DNA of 64,000 nt from a virus (IMGVR_UViG_3300030012_005163:134362-198361), one strand, 5' to 3'; positions 19,608 to 28,850 are shown, counted from the first letter of the stretch. Program-made: numbers and translations. Notes: a model not told the origin generated them from the sequence alone.

Positions 19608-20669
19608 ATGGAAGAAAAAAACGACATAAATGACTTTGTTAATTTTATCTTAAATGACGAAGTAAAAGAAAATGAAAAAGAATTAGGTTTAGAACATCCT
19701 AGTGTGGAATATGAAGCTAAAGAAAGAGAAGTAGTAGATAAAGTTTTAGAAGAACGTAGTATCGAAGAGAGATTATCTTATTATACTTGTAAAAGGTTTC
19801 AAGGTGAAGAAAGAGGTGTTTGTGATAAATTAAATGTATTAGGTAGGTGGTTAAAAGAAAAAGATGGGTTAGATATGCAACCTATTATAGATACCTTATT
19901 GTTACCACGTAAAGATGATAGAGATATGAATCCTAATTTTCAAGAACCTTTAAAGTATTTGTATGAAACTGGCAAATTCAAAGACATAAGCGAAAAAGAT
20001 GGTTATTACACATCTCAAAGACTATTAAGTTGTGAGTTAGTCAGAAATGAAGAAGGTGAATGGGTATTTGTGAACAAATTAAATACTAGTTGGAGTGATC
20101 TTGCAGAACTACTTACTACATTGTTTATGAGGGGTGGTAAAATAGGGGAACTTAAACATATGAATGTTACTGAAATAAAAAACTTTCTTTTAAATTTAAG
20201 AAACAGTGGTAACCCAACAAGAAAAAATCCTCAGTCATCACATTTATATAGATTATTAGAAAAATATTTTACTGTGGATGAGTATGATGAATATACATAT
20301 AATACTCGAAAGAATACTATCATAGGAGATGAAATAGAAGACTTAACAATTAAGTTATTGGAAAAACAAGGTTTTAAATTACTTTATCACGGTAATAATG
20401 GTAACTTTATTGATATGAAGTATGGTATTGATATGATTATGGAATTAGAGGGTAAAGTTTATTTAATACAAGTTAAGAGTAAGTCTAACGCAGCGAAGAT
20501 GGCAATGGATTATCCTAATTATAGATATATTGATTTATTCGCTGGTGAAACTCCAGATAAGAATGGTATAATGTTATATGACAGAGAATCTATGAAAGAA
20601 GGTGAATTCATCGCCAAAGATATCCTACAAGATAATTTAGATTATCTGATTAATAAGTACTCCAATTAA
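19608..20669 (+). CDS. protein with C-terminal PD-(D/E)XK restriction-endonuclease-like domain
   Basis: GDEIED...GIDMIMELEGKVYLIQVKS motif. Confidence 0.5.
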   Translation: MEEKNDINDFVNFILNDEVKENEKELGLEHPSVEYEAKEREVVDKVLEERSIEERLSYYTCKRFQGEERGVCDKLNVLGRWLKEKDGLDMQPIIDTLLLPRKDDRDMNPNFQEPLKYLYETGKFKDISEKDGYYTSQRLLSCELVRNEEGEWVFVNKLNTSWSDLAELLTTLFMRGGKIGELKHMNVTEIKNFLLNLRNSGNPTRKNPQSSHLYRLLEKYFTVDEYDEYTYNTRKNTIIGDEIEDLTIKLLEKQGFKLLYHGNNGNFIDMKYGIDMIMELEGKVYLIQVKSKSNAAKMAMDYPNYRYIDLFAGETPDKNGIMLYDRESMKEGEFIAKDILQDNLDYLINKYSN

Positions 20670-20724
20670 TTTGTAATTTTATTTATAAATTACTATATTT
20701 ACAAAAAATTAAATATTTATAGGT

Positions 20725-21363
20725 ATGGGATGTGATATACATATGTATGTGGAAAAGAAAAATCCAGTTACACATAATTGGGATAAGATGGGAAATGTAT
20801 TTTTTCAATCTTATGGCGCTAGTCTTATAATAAGACATTTAGTGAGTAATATGGGTATAACTGAGGATGAAGGATGGACTATTTTACAAAAATGGAGAGA
20901 TGGTGAAGAACCCTCTAATAAATTAGAAGAGTATATTATTGGTACTTATATTCCAAAAAATATGGCAGATGAACATTTACATTGGTATGAGGCAGATCAA
21001 AAAGGATTATTTCCATATCCTTATAGTGATCAACCCTATGGTGGTAGGTGTTATAGATTATTTGGTGCATTAGCAGGTGTAAGAGACACATCAATAGATA
21101 TGATAGTACATGGTAGGTGGGATACATTACCTGATGATGTGAGTGATGAAATAAAAGGTATATCAGATGAATGGGGAATGGACGCTCATTCACACAGTTA
21201 CTTAACATTGAGAGAATTAATGGATAGTAAGTATTATAAGATGAGTGGGCGCGAGTTATACGATATGGGTATAGATGCATATTTCTTTAAAACTATGGTT
21301 CCTGATTTACAGAAATTTGGTAATCCCGATGATATAAGAATAGTATTTTGGTTTGATAATTAA
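20725..21363 (+). CDS. conserved phage protein (MGCDIH family)
   Basis: MGCDIHMYVE start, RCYRLFGALAGVR, HSHSYLTLREL and C-terminal RIVFWFDN, recognised as a recurrent phage family. Confidence 0.7.
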   Translation: MGCDIHMYVEKKNPVTHNWDKMGNVFFQSYGASLIIRHLVSNMGITEDEGWTILQKWRDGEEPSNKLEEYIIGTYIPKNMADEHLHWYEADQKGLFPYPYSDQPYGGRCYRLFGALAGVRDTSIDMIVHGRWDTLPDDVSDEIKGISDEWGMDAHSHSYLTLRELMDSKYYKMSGRELYDMGIDAYFFKTMVPDLQKFGNPDDIRIVFWFDN

Positions 21364-21365
21364 TT

Positions 21366-22064
21366 ATGGAGGAAAAAAATAGAATATTAATAATTGGTGT
21401 AGATAAAGAAATTCATTCATCAATTACAGAGCAATTCGACACCCAAAATTTTGAGTGTGTTGCAGTAACACACGGAAAAGAAGGGTTAAGTAAAATAAGA
21501 GAGTTTAGATTTGATGTCGTAATTTTAGATGAAAAATTAGTGGATATCGAAGGATTAGATTTAGTTCAAACCATAAGATTAGAGGATAGTAAAACACCTA
21601 TTATATATATTAGTTTTCACGATCATGAAAACAAAATGTTACAATTACTACGAAATGGTGTAAATGATTATTTAGTAAAACCTTTATCTTATGAAGAAAT
21701 AAAATATAAAACTATAAATTATATTAAATTATTTGGTAAAAATGTTAATAATATGACTACTGATAAAATAGATATTGGTGATCATAGCATTGATTTTAAA
21801 TCATTTATTGTTAGTAATGAGGTAGGTGATGAATTTAGATTAACCCAAAGACAAGTTAAATTACTAAAACTTTTAATTAGTAAGAATAATGAAGTTGTAT
21901 CAAGAGAAGAAATTTTAGAAAAGATATGGGGTTATGATGTTTACATAAAAACTAGAACAATAGATAATGTTATACTGTCTTTAAGAAAAATATTTGAGAA
22001 GGACAAAACCCCTAATACTTTCTTTAAATCTGTAAGAGGGGTAGGTTATAAATTAACTTTTTAA
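21366..22064 (+). CDS. OmpR/PhoB-family response regulator (orphan)
   Basis: Receiver domain (VVILD, GLDL, NDYLVKP) plus winged helix (VVSREEILEKIWG, TRTIDNVILSLRK, SVRGVGYK). Confidence 0.9.
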   Translation: MEEKNRILIIGVDKEIHSSITEQFDTQNFECVAVTHGKEGLSKIREFRFDVVILDEKLVDIEGLDLVQTIRLEDSKTPIIYISFHDHENKMLQLLRNGVNDYLVKPLSYEEIKYKTINYIKLFGKNVNNMTTDKIDIGDHSIDFKSFIVSNEVGDEFRLTQRQVKLLKLLISKNNEVVSREEILEKIWGYDVYIKTRTIDNVILSLRKIFEKDKTPNTFFKSVRGVGYKLTF

Positions 22065-22082
22065 AAAAAAATTAAAAAAAAA

Positions 22083-22114
22083 TTTGACTTTTAAATATAT
22101 TCGCCCTATATTTG
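22083..22114 (+). promoter_or_regulatory. Bacteroidota sigma70-type promoter of the Ro60-like operon
   Basis: TTTG (22083-86), N20, TATATTTG (22107-14). Confidence 0.7.
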
Positions 22115-22155
22115 TATCACACTTTTAAAAAACAATTTAAAAAACAACCAAAACT

Positions 22156-23607
22156 ATGGGTAATTCAATGACTAAATACAGAGAAATGGAGGAAGAAAAA
22201 GCGCAATTAACCGAAAACGGTATGTCTACGAATAACACTACACTAAATAACTGTGTAGATTTATTTTTCTCTATTGGGGCTATGAGAGGAAAGAATAAAG
22301 TCACCTTAATTGAAAAATTTTCCAAAGCATATAGTGAAAATCCATTGGTTGCTACTCGCATCCTTTTTTGGGTAAGGGATGTTAGAGAAGGTGCAGGTGA
22401 GAGACAAATTTTTAGAGATGTTATTTCTCACTTAGTAAAACTTTCACCAGATGTTGTTAAAAAGAATGTTCATCTTATTTCTGAATACGGAAGATGGGAT
22501 GATGTATTTACATTAATTGGTACTGACTTAGAAGGTATGGTTATAGACTTAATCGTAACTGCGTTAGGTAACGAAGACGGTTTATGTGCTAAGTGGATGC
22601 CTCGTAAAGGTGAAGTATTTAATAAAGTTAGAAGAGCTTTAAAAGTTTCCCCAAAAGAATTAAGAAAAAGATTAGTAGGTTTGACAGATGTAGTAGAAAC
22701 TAAGATGTGTTCAAATCGATGGAAAGAAATTGACTACTCTAAAATACCTTCATTGGCATCGGCAAGATACCAAAAAGCGTTTTGGAGAAGAGATGAAAAG
22801 GGTTATAACCAATTTGTAGAAGACCTTAAAGAAGGTAAAACTACAGTTAATAGTGGGGCATTATATCCTTACGATATTTTAAAGACTTTGTATACTGGTG
22901 TTGATGAAACAGTTTCTCAAAATCAATGGGATAATTTACCTAACTTTATGGAAGGTAATGAGGATAGAGTTTTACCAATGGTTGATGTTTCAGGTTCAAT
23001 GAGTTGTTCCGCAGGTAGTAATGATTCACTTACTTGTATGGATGTAGCAATCTCATTAGGTATCTATATTTCAGAAAGGAATGAAGGAGCATTTAAAGAT
23101 AGTTTTTTAACTTTTTCTTCAACACCGAGTTTACAGTACTTAACTGGTGATTCACTAAAAGGTAAATTACAACAGTTAAGAAGTGCACATTGGGGAATGA
23201 GTACAAATTTAACGGCAACATTTGATTTATTGTTAAATCAGGCAGTAACTCATAATATTCCTTTAGGGGAAATGCCGACAAAAATATTAATATTATCAGA
23301 TATGGAATTCGATGCAGCGACAGGAAATTGTTGGGAAGAATCTGATAGTTGGAATCCTACCGCAATGGAGATGATTAAAACAAAATATGAAGAAGCTGGT
23401 TATGAAATGCCAACAATAGTATTTTGGAATCTTCATTCCAGAGGTAATGATAATTTTCCTGTTAAACAGGATGAGATGAACACCGCTTTAATCTCAGGAT
23501 TTAGTCCATCAATATTAAAGTCAGTATTGAATGGGGAGAATTTAACTCCTTACTCAGTAATGATGAAGACTGTTGATAGTACTAGGTATGAGAATATAAC
23601 GGTATAG
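22156..23607 (+). CDS. Ro60/TROVE-like RNA-binding protein with VWA domain (DUF2828 family)
   Basis: RDVREGAGERQIF, EYGRWDD, LCAKWMPR, VETKMC, VNSGALYPYDI; VWA/MIDAS VDVSGSM, STNL and ILILSDMEFD; C-terminal ISGFSPSIL. Confidence 0.85.
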   Translation: MGNSMTKYREMEEEKAQLTENGMSTNNTTLNNCVDLFFSIGAMRGKNKVTLIEKFSKAYSENPLVATRILFWVRDVREGAGERQIFRDVISHLVKLSPDVVKKNVHLISEYGRWDDVFTLIGTDLEGMVIDLIVTALGNEDGLCAKWMPRKGEVFNKVRRALKVSPKELRKRLVGLTDVVETKMCSNRWKEIDYSKIPSLASARYQKAFWRRDEKGYNQFVEDLKEGKTTVNSGALYPYDILKTLYTGVDETVSQNQWDNLPNFMEGNEDRVLPMVDVSGSMSCSAGSNDSLTCMDVAISLGIYISERNEGAFKDSFLTFSSTPSLQYLTGDSLKGKLQQLRSAHWGMSTNLTATFDLLLNQAVTHNIPLGEMPTKILILSDMEFDAATGNCWEESDSWNPTAMEMIKTKYEEAGYEMPTIVFWNLHSRGNDNFPVKQDEMNTALISGFSPSILKSVLNGENLTPYSVMMKTVDSTRYENITV

Positions 23608-23621
23608 TTCTTTGACATAAA

Positions 23622-23751
23622 AATGGTATAGAGGAATGGTTTCGGCAAATTTAAAAAACTAAAACCAAGATCGAGAAGGTGGGAGTTTGACCCACAACCT
23701 TTCAGTAATGAGGGGCGGAAAAAAACAAACACATACAATTCCGCTACCGTT
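23622..23751 (+). ncRNA. putative structured RNA 1 downstream of the Ro60-like gene (Y-RNA-like architecture)
   Basis: 5' AATGGTATAGAGGAAT pairs with 3' ATTCCGCTACCGTT; GAATGGTTTCGGCAAA motif; internal hairpin AAGGTGGG-AGTTTGA-CCCACAACCTT; no ORF; GC-rich against the background. Confidence 0.6.
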
Positions 23752-23759
23752 TTTTAAAT

Positions 23760-24022
23760 TGGTGTAAAACGAATGGTTTCTGCAAACTCTAACTTAAAAC
23801 TAGAACGTAGAACAGAGGTTTTATTTTCCCTTTACCCAAACTTATAAAGGGATCAACCATAGGTAAGTTTAAACGTGAGATAATCTCACACTTTAGGTTG
23901 TAAAACATACCTCTTGAATTTGTCTCAAGTTAAACAAAGACACTCAGTGGGGCTGAGTTACCAAATCTACCGTAGGGACAGTCCTTACGTTAAATAAAAG
24001 CTGGACCCCCATTCCGACACCA
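23760..24022 (+). ncRNA. putative structured RNA 2 downstream of the Ro60-like gene (Y-RNA-like architecture)
   Basis: 5' TGGTGT..GAATGG pairs with 3' CCATTC..ACACCA; GAATGGTTTCTGCAAA motif; internal hairpins TCCCTTTA/TAAAGGGA, GTGAGA/TCTCAC, CTTGA/TCAAG, ACTCAG/CTGAGT and CGTAGGGA/TCCTTACG. Confidence 0.65.
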
Positions 24023-24032
24023 CATTATTGAG

Positions 24033-24066
24033 AGAGGATATTTTAATTAGTATCCTCTTTTTTTTT
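24033..24066 (+). terminator. intrinsic terminator closing the Ro60/ncRNA unit
   Basis: AGAGGATA-TTTTAATTAG-TATCCTCT followed by a long T run. Confidence 0.75.
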
Positions 24067-24101
24067 AATATAACTTTATTATATTTAATAATAAAAACAT
24101 T

Positions 24102-24398
24102 ATGGGAAAATTTGATGAATTAATAAACTCAGAAAAACCTACATTAGTAGATTTTTATGCCACTTGGTGTGGACCGTGTAAGATGATGTCTCCTTTATTA
24201 GAAGAAGTTGCAACAGAATTAGGTGAGTCTACTAAAATAATAAAAGTAGATATAGATAAGAATCGTGATGCTGCGGCACAATATGGTATTAGGAGTGTAC
24301 CTACTCTATTATTATTTAAAGAAGGTGAGGTTGTTTGGAGACAAAGTGGTTTACCACCTAAAAATTTAATAACAGAATCTATAAAAAAGTTTATCTAA
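24102..24398 (+). CDS. trxA: thioredoxin
   Basis: DFYATWCGPCK active site; VPTLLLFKEG. Confidence 0.95.
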   Translation: MGKFDELINSEKPTLVDFYATWCGPCKMMSPLLEEVATELGESTKIIKVDIDKNRDAAAQYGIRSVPTLLLFKEGEVVWRQSGLPPKNLITESIKKFI

Positions 24399-24465
24399 TC
24401 ATTTACAGTATTAAAAAAAATGACTAATATTATACTATAATAATAAAAAAGTATAAATATATGTA

Positions 24466-24930
24466 ATGAAAATAGTAACTAAAAATTATTCACTTAAAAA
24501 CGGAAAGAGATCGTATTTAGTGTATTTGAAAGATCAAAATGATAACTCCTTAGAATGTTATGACATTTATGGTGATGAAGAAAGGTTGAAAAAGGAAGAA
24601 GAGTTAAGTGAAAAATATGAAATTGATACAATCAATATTAGTTACGTTTCATTAGAAAAGTTTAAAGAAGACGAAGATCCGATAGAAAAACCATTATTTT
24701 TAGTATTTTATTTAAGTAGAGATTTATTTACTAATAAAGAATTAGTTGCAGCATATGGGGAAAATGTTAAAAAATATTTAGACGAAAAAGGTGACAATGT
24801 AAGATTATTTTTTATGCCCACAGACGGTGAAGAAAAAATAGAATGTATTAATCCATTATATATCAACAGTAGAAAAGAGTATAATAAAATAGATAATTTA
24901 ATTAATGAACTAGAGAATCAGTTAGTTTAA
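24466..24930 (+). CDS. hypothetical protein
   Basis: 154-aa ORF. Confidence 0.6.
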   Translation: MKIVTKNYSLKNGKRSYLVYLKDQNDNSLECYDIYGDEERLKKEEELSEKYEIDTINISYVSLEKFKEDEDPIEKPLFLVFYLSRDLFTNKELVAAYGENVKKYLDEKGDNVRLFFMPTDGEEKIECINPLYINSRKEYNKIDNLINELENQLV

Positions 24931-25574
24931 GGTCTAGTTTTTGTTCTATATAATTTGAATTCGTCCCAGCCAGTCTTATCCCTAATAAGTTTGTAAATAT
25001 CTTTTTTATTTTTACTTATTTTTCCGGTAAACATTATATTTTTTAAATTATTATTTTGATAAAAATCTTCTAATAAATAATATAATTTTTCACAATCTTT
25101 TTGACATTTACAAATTACTATATCAAAATCATTATTTTGATGAATTAACAATTTGTTGTTTACATAATTAACTTGTTTTATTATTAATCCTTTATGTTTT
25201 TTCATTAGTATAGATTTAATAATTTCAATACATGTTAATCTTTTATCATAGTTAAAAACACTAAATTTTTCCTCAAAGTGATAGTTACATTTTTCCACTA
25301 TAGTCCACTTTTTATTTTTATCTTCGATTTCAATATTTCTTCCTATCTCATCTCTATCAATAAATGGTTTATCACCCTCACTCCATTTTTTTAATAAAAT
25401 TAATTCGTATTTTACTGGTTTAACTTTTTTATATGCAATATGTTCTCTACTATATAATACTTTATTTTTATCTTTGTATTTAAAATATTTTTTAGTAGCG
25501 AATGATAAATCATTACCTTTAAATAATATTTTTTTCTTTTTATTATTACTTGTTATGATAATTCTATACTGCAT
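24927..25574 (-). CDS. hypothetical basic protein
   Basis: 215-aa ORF, convergent with the previous gene; no competing + strand ORF. Confidence 0.65.
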   Translation of the reverse strand: MQYRIIITSNNKKKKILFKGNDLSFATKKYFKYKDKNKVLYSREHIAYKKVKPVKYELILLKKWSEGDKPFIDRDEIGRNIEIEDKNKKWTIVEKCNYHFEEKFSVFNYDKRLTCIEIIKSILMKKHKGLIIKQVNYVNNKLLIHQNNDFDIVICKCQKDCEKLYYLLEDFYQNNNLKNIMFTGKISKNKKDIYKLIRDKTGWDEFKLYRTKTRP

Positions 25575-25626
25575 TACTTTATTTTTATTAAAATAAGTGT
25601 TATTATTTATAAATAAATAATAAAGT

Positions 25627-26655
25627 ATGACAAAAGATTATTATAAAGTTTTAGGGGTGGATAAAAGTGTTGATGATGCTAGTCTTAAAAAAGCTTACAG
25701 AAAATTATCAAAAAAGTATCATCCCGATGTAAATAAAGATAATCCTAATTCTGAAGAAAAATTTAAAGAAGTAGCTGAAGCATACAATGTTTTATCCGAC
25801 CCCACTAAAAGAAAAAATTACGATACTTTTGGAACACCAGATGGTAGAGGGGGTAATCCTTTTGGTAATGGTGGGTTTGATATGGGTGACATATTTAGTT
25901 CTTTTTTCGGTGAAGAAGGTAACCCTTTTGGGGGAAGGTCTAAAAGACAAAGGAGATTTAAAGGTACTGATATAAGAGTAAATATAAAATTAAGTTTAGA
26001 AGATATTTTTAATGGGGTACACAAAAAAATAAAATATAAAAGAAATGATTCTTGTGATTTATGTAATTCTACTGGTGGGGAAACATCCACTTGTAGTATG
26101 TGTAGAGGTGGTGGACAAATTAATAGAGTTACAAATACTCCTTTTGGAAAAATACAAAATACCACTATGTGTCCCACATGTAATGGTGAAGGAAGTATCA
26201 TTATTAAACCATGTAAAAAATGTAATGGATTAGGGGTGAATCTCGTAGAAGAAACCACAGAATTTCAAATACCAAAAGGTATTATGGATGGTGAATATTT
26301 AGCAATGAGAGGAAAAGGTAATTCGATTAAAAAAGGTACTGCGGGAGATTTAATAATAAATGTTATAGAAATACCTCACGATAAATTTAAAAGAAATAAT
26401 AATGATATACACCAAAGAATTAAATTGTCATATAAAGATTTAGTGTTAGGTTGTTCCACAGAATTAGATACACTTAGTGGTAAAATAAGAATTAAAGTAA
26501 AAGAAGGAACAGAAGTGGGACATATACTTAGAGTACCTAAAAAAGGATTTATAAGGGATAATATGGTTGGTGATATGATGGTAGAAGTTTGGATTGATAT
26601 TCCTAAAGAATTAAATGAAGAAAATAAAAAAGTAATTGAGTCTTTAAATATTTGA
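25627..26655 (+). CDS. dnaJ: DnaJ chaperone
   Basis: J-domain with HPD, G/F-rich region, four CxxCxGxG-type motifs and C-terminal domain (GDLII). Confidence 0.95.
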   Translation: MTKDYYKVLGVDKSVDDASLKKAYRKLSKKYHPDVNKDNPNSEEKFKEVAEAYNVLSDPTKRKNYDTFGTPDGRGGNPFGNGGFDMGDIFSSFFGEEGNPFGGRSKRQRRFKGTDIRVNIKLSLEDIFNGVHKKIKYKRNDSCDLCNSTGGETSTCSMCRGGGQINRVTNTPFGKIQNTTMCPTCNGEGSIIIKPCKKCNGLGVNLVEETTEFQIPKGIMDGEYLAMRGKGNSIKKGTAGDLIINVIEIPHDKFKRNNNDIHQRIKLSYKDLVLGCSTELDTLSGKIRIKVKEGTEVGHILRVPKKGFIRDNMVGDMMVEVWIDIPKELNEENKKVIESLNI

Positions 26656-26701
26656 TTTTATCAAATAAAAGAGTTAAATTAGAAAAAAAAACAAAATTAT
26701 T

Positions 26702-27157
26702 ATGGCAAAATTTCAAGAAGTATATGAAGAAACAAAAGAGGTATTTAATACTCACATAAATAATAGTGGTATACCTGGTTTTGTGAACATTAAGATTCTT
26801 TCCAATGAATCTTTAAAAGATTGTTTTGGGCAAGTAACTAAAGCACAAGATATAGTTAAATTTATGACAGATTACGATGTCATCATTCAAATAAATGAAC
26901 CTATATTCGATCAATTACAATCAAATCAAAAAGATTATGTAGTTAAGGATTTATTATCACAAATAGTATATAGTTTAGAATCAGATAAATTATCTATTAG
27001 TAAACCAGATATAACTACTTTTAGTGGTGTTCTAAGACAATATAGTATAGATGACTATATTAGTATTTGTGAAAGTATAAAAACTTTACAAGAACAGAAA
27101 AAAATACAAGAAGATTTAGCGAAACAAGCTGCTAAGAAAAGTAAGGCGACTGCATAG
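26702..27157 (+). CDS. hypothetical protein (weakly reminiscent of phage metallopeptidase-like fold, no HExxH)
   Basis: ORF is clear; the family assignment is weak. Confidence 0.55.
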   Translation: MAKFQEVYEETKEVFNTHINNSGIPGFVNIKILSNESLKDCFGQVTKAQDIVKFMTDYDVIIQINEPIFDQLQSNQKDYVVKDLLSQIVYSLESDKLSISKPDITTFSGVLRQYSIDDYISICESIKTLQEQKKIQEDLAKQAAKKSKATA

Positions 27158-27188
27158 ATAATGATGTTATTAGATATTTATATAGTTA

Positions 27189-27248
27189 GGGGGATTAGCT
27201 CAGACTTGCACGTATAAGGTCATAGGTTCGACTACGATATCCTCCACA
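27189..27248 (+). pseudogene. degenerate tRNA-Ala(UGC) remnant
   Basis: GGGGGATTAGCTCAG 5' end, CTTGCAC anticodon loop, GGTTCGACT T-loop, acceptor stem GGGGGAT/ATCCTCC with G3.U70; about 16 nt of D-arm/anticodon stem missing and T-stem mismatched. Confidence 0.75.
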
Positions 27249-27272
27249 ATAATAATAAAATAAAAAAAAGTT

Positions 27273-27563
27273 ATGAAAGAAGATAAATCACCGAAAAATT
27301 ATATTACTTGGCTTTTCACTGATCATTACTTTAATAACAAACAAGGTATATTAAAATTTATAGGAACTATATTTGGTTTCTTTATGGCTTTTTATGTTCC
27401 GGGTCCTGTAATGGAAGAATATTGGGGTGGATGGATACCCATATGGCCAGTTATTGGAACTTTTATTGCAGTATATGGGTTTTTAATTGGTATTCTTTTA
27501 CAACCATATGGTATATACAAAAGATTAAAAAGAATGGATTGGTGGAATAATAATAATTTTTAA
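27273..27563 (+). CDS. two-TM membrane protein
   Basis: Two hydrophobic helices in 96 aa. Confidence 0.6.
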   Translation: MKEDKSPKNYITWLFTDHYFNNKQGILKFIGTIFGFFMAFYVPGPVMEEYWGGWIPIWPVIGTFIAVYGFLIGILLQPYGIYKRLKRMDWWNNNNF

Positions 27564-27571
27564 AAAAAAAT

Positions 27572-28216
27572 ATGTTAATAAAGTTAGAATACATTTGGGT
27601 AGATTCAGAAGATACTTTAAGAGGTAAAACTAAAATATGGGATTTCGACCCACATAAATACCCTAAATATAATACGTTAAGAAAAAACGGTCCTTGTCCC
27701 CAAGAATTACCTATTTGGGGCGATAAAAGTGTGAAATCTCTTTTAATTCCTAACAGAGTAGTGGTGGATCCCAAAAGAAAACAATCATTCTTAGTTATGT
27801 GTGATACATCAATGACTGATGAAAGATTAGATAATAATGAAGAAGAAAAGTTTTTGTTTGGATTTAAACAAAAATATACTCTTAGAAAAAATAATAGTCC
27901 CTATTTTGAAATAGAAGAAGGAATATATTGTGGTGTCGGTTACGGAAGAGTTTTAGGTAGAGAAATAATGGAAGAGCATTTAGATGCGTGTTTATCTGCA
28001 GGTTTAAAAATTACGGACATAAATGCTGAAGAATTATTAGGGCAGTGGGAATACACCTTAATGAGTGAAGGTAATTCTGTTAACGAAAATGATTTATGGT
28101 TATCTAAATATTTTTTAATAAGAATATGTGAAAAACATAATATGTTTGTTGATTTTAATAAACCAGAAAGAAAAGAAATAATAGAAGAGAAGAAAAAAGT
28201 AGAATATGAAAACTAA
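27572..28216 (+). CDS. truncated, degenerate glutamine synthetase type II-like protein
   Basis: KLEYIW...LRGKTK, LVMCD, YCGVG, GREIMEEHLDACL.AG, INAE..GQWEY; the GFEQEY ligands read GFKQKY and the C-terminal half of the catalytic domain is absent. Confidence 0.7.
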   Translation: MLIKLEYIWVDSEDTLRGKTKIWDFDPHKYPKYNTLRKNGPCPQELPIWGDKSVKSLLIPNRVVVDPKRKQSFLVMCDTSMTDERLDNNEEEKFLFGFKQKYTLRKNNSPYFEIEEGIYCGVGYGRVLGREIMEEHLDACLSAGLKITDINAEELLGQWEYTLMSEGNSVNENDLWLSKYFLIRICEKHNMFVDFNKPERKEIIEEKKKVEYEN

Positions 28217-28850
28217 TAAAGATTTTGAAGAATATATTTGTAGAATACATGGTTTAAGTAGACACATGAAGAGACCTAGATTATATTGGTCTGGTGAAGG
28301 AAAAAGTAATATTGATAAATTATGTAGTTTAGATAAATGTCCTAAAAAATTTAAACCTATACTTAGTGAATCTAAATTTGTTAAATGTGATGCAATAGAT
28401 GAAGATGGTAATCTATATGAAATAAAAAAGTATAATTTAAATCAACTAAAAAAATATAGATTATATTCTGAACCAATAATAAAAGTATCACCTAGTAGAA
28501 GTAACTGGGGAGAAGGACACCCTTATTATGATAATTTCACCAATGCAGATGAGTATAATAAATTTATTGATAATTTAATGAAAACGGATTGGTGGAAAAG
28601 ATATAGTAATATTATTATGGATAGTATAACTCATTCAAATAGAGGAATTTATTGTAAAGATGGTTTTATACCACATAATCAATTAAAATTTAAATGGGTA
28701 GTAAATAAAGGGGACTATGCACCTATATTTGATGGTTATCATAGGTTATGTATTGTATTCAAAACAAAAGAAAAGTGTAACGAAGATATTGAATTTATTA
28801 AACCTAAAAGATCAATATTAGAGTATGTTAAAGAATTTTTTAAAATATAA
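28206..28850 (+). CDS. hypothetical protein (possible PD-(D/E)XK-like motif CDAIDEDGNLYEIKK)
   Basis: 214-aa ORF overlapping the previous gene by 11 nt. Confidence 0.55.
   Translation: MKTNKDFEEYICRIHGLSRHMKRPRLYWSGEGKSNIDKLCSLDKCPKKFKPILSESKFVKCDAIDEDGNLYEIKKYNLNQLKKYRLYSEPIIKVSPSRSNWGEGHPYYDNFTNADEYNKFIDNLMKTDWWKRYSNIIMDSITHSNRGIYCKDGFIPHNQLKFKWVVNKGDYAPIFDGYHRLCIVFKTKEKCNEDIEFIKPKRSILEYVKEFFKI

Noticed and set aside
23679-23695. tRNA T-arm within RNA 1 (YrlA-type)
   Set aside because: GTGGG-AGTTTGA-CCCAC has a 5-bp stem and 7-nt loop but the loop is not TTCRANY, and no D-arm or acceptor-like stem is evident.
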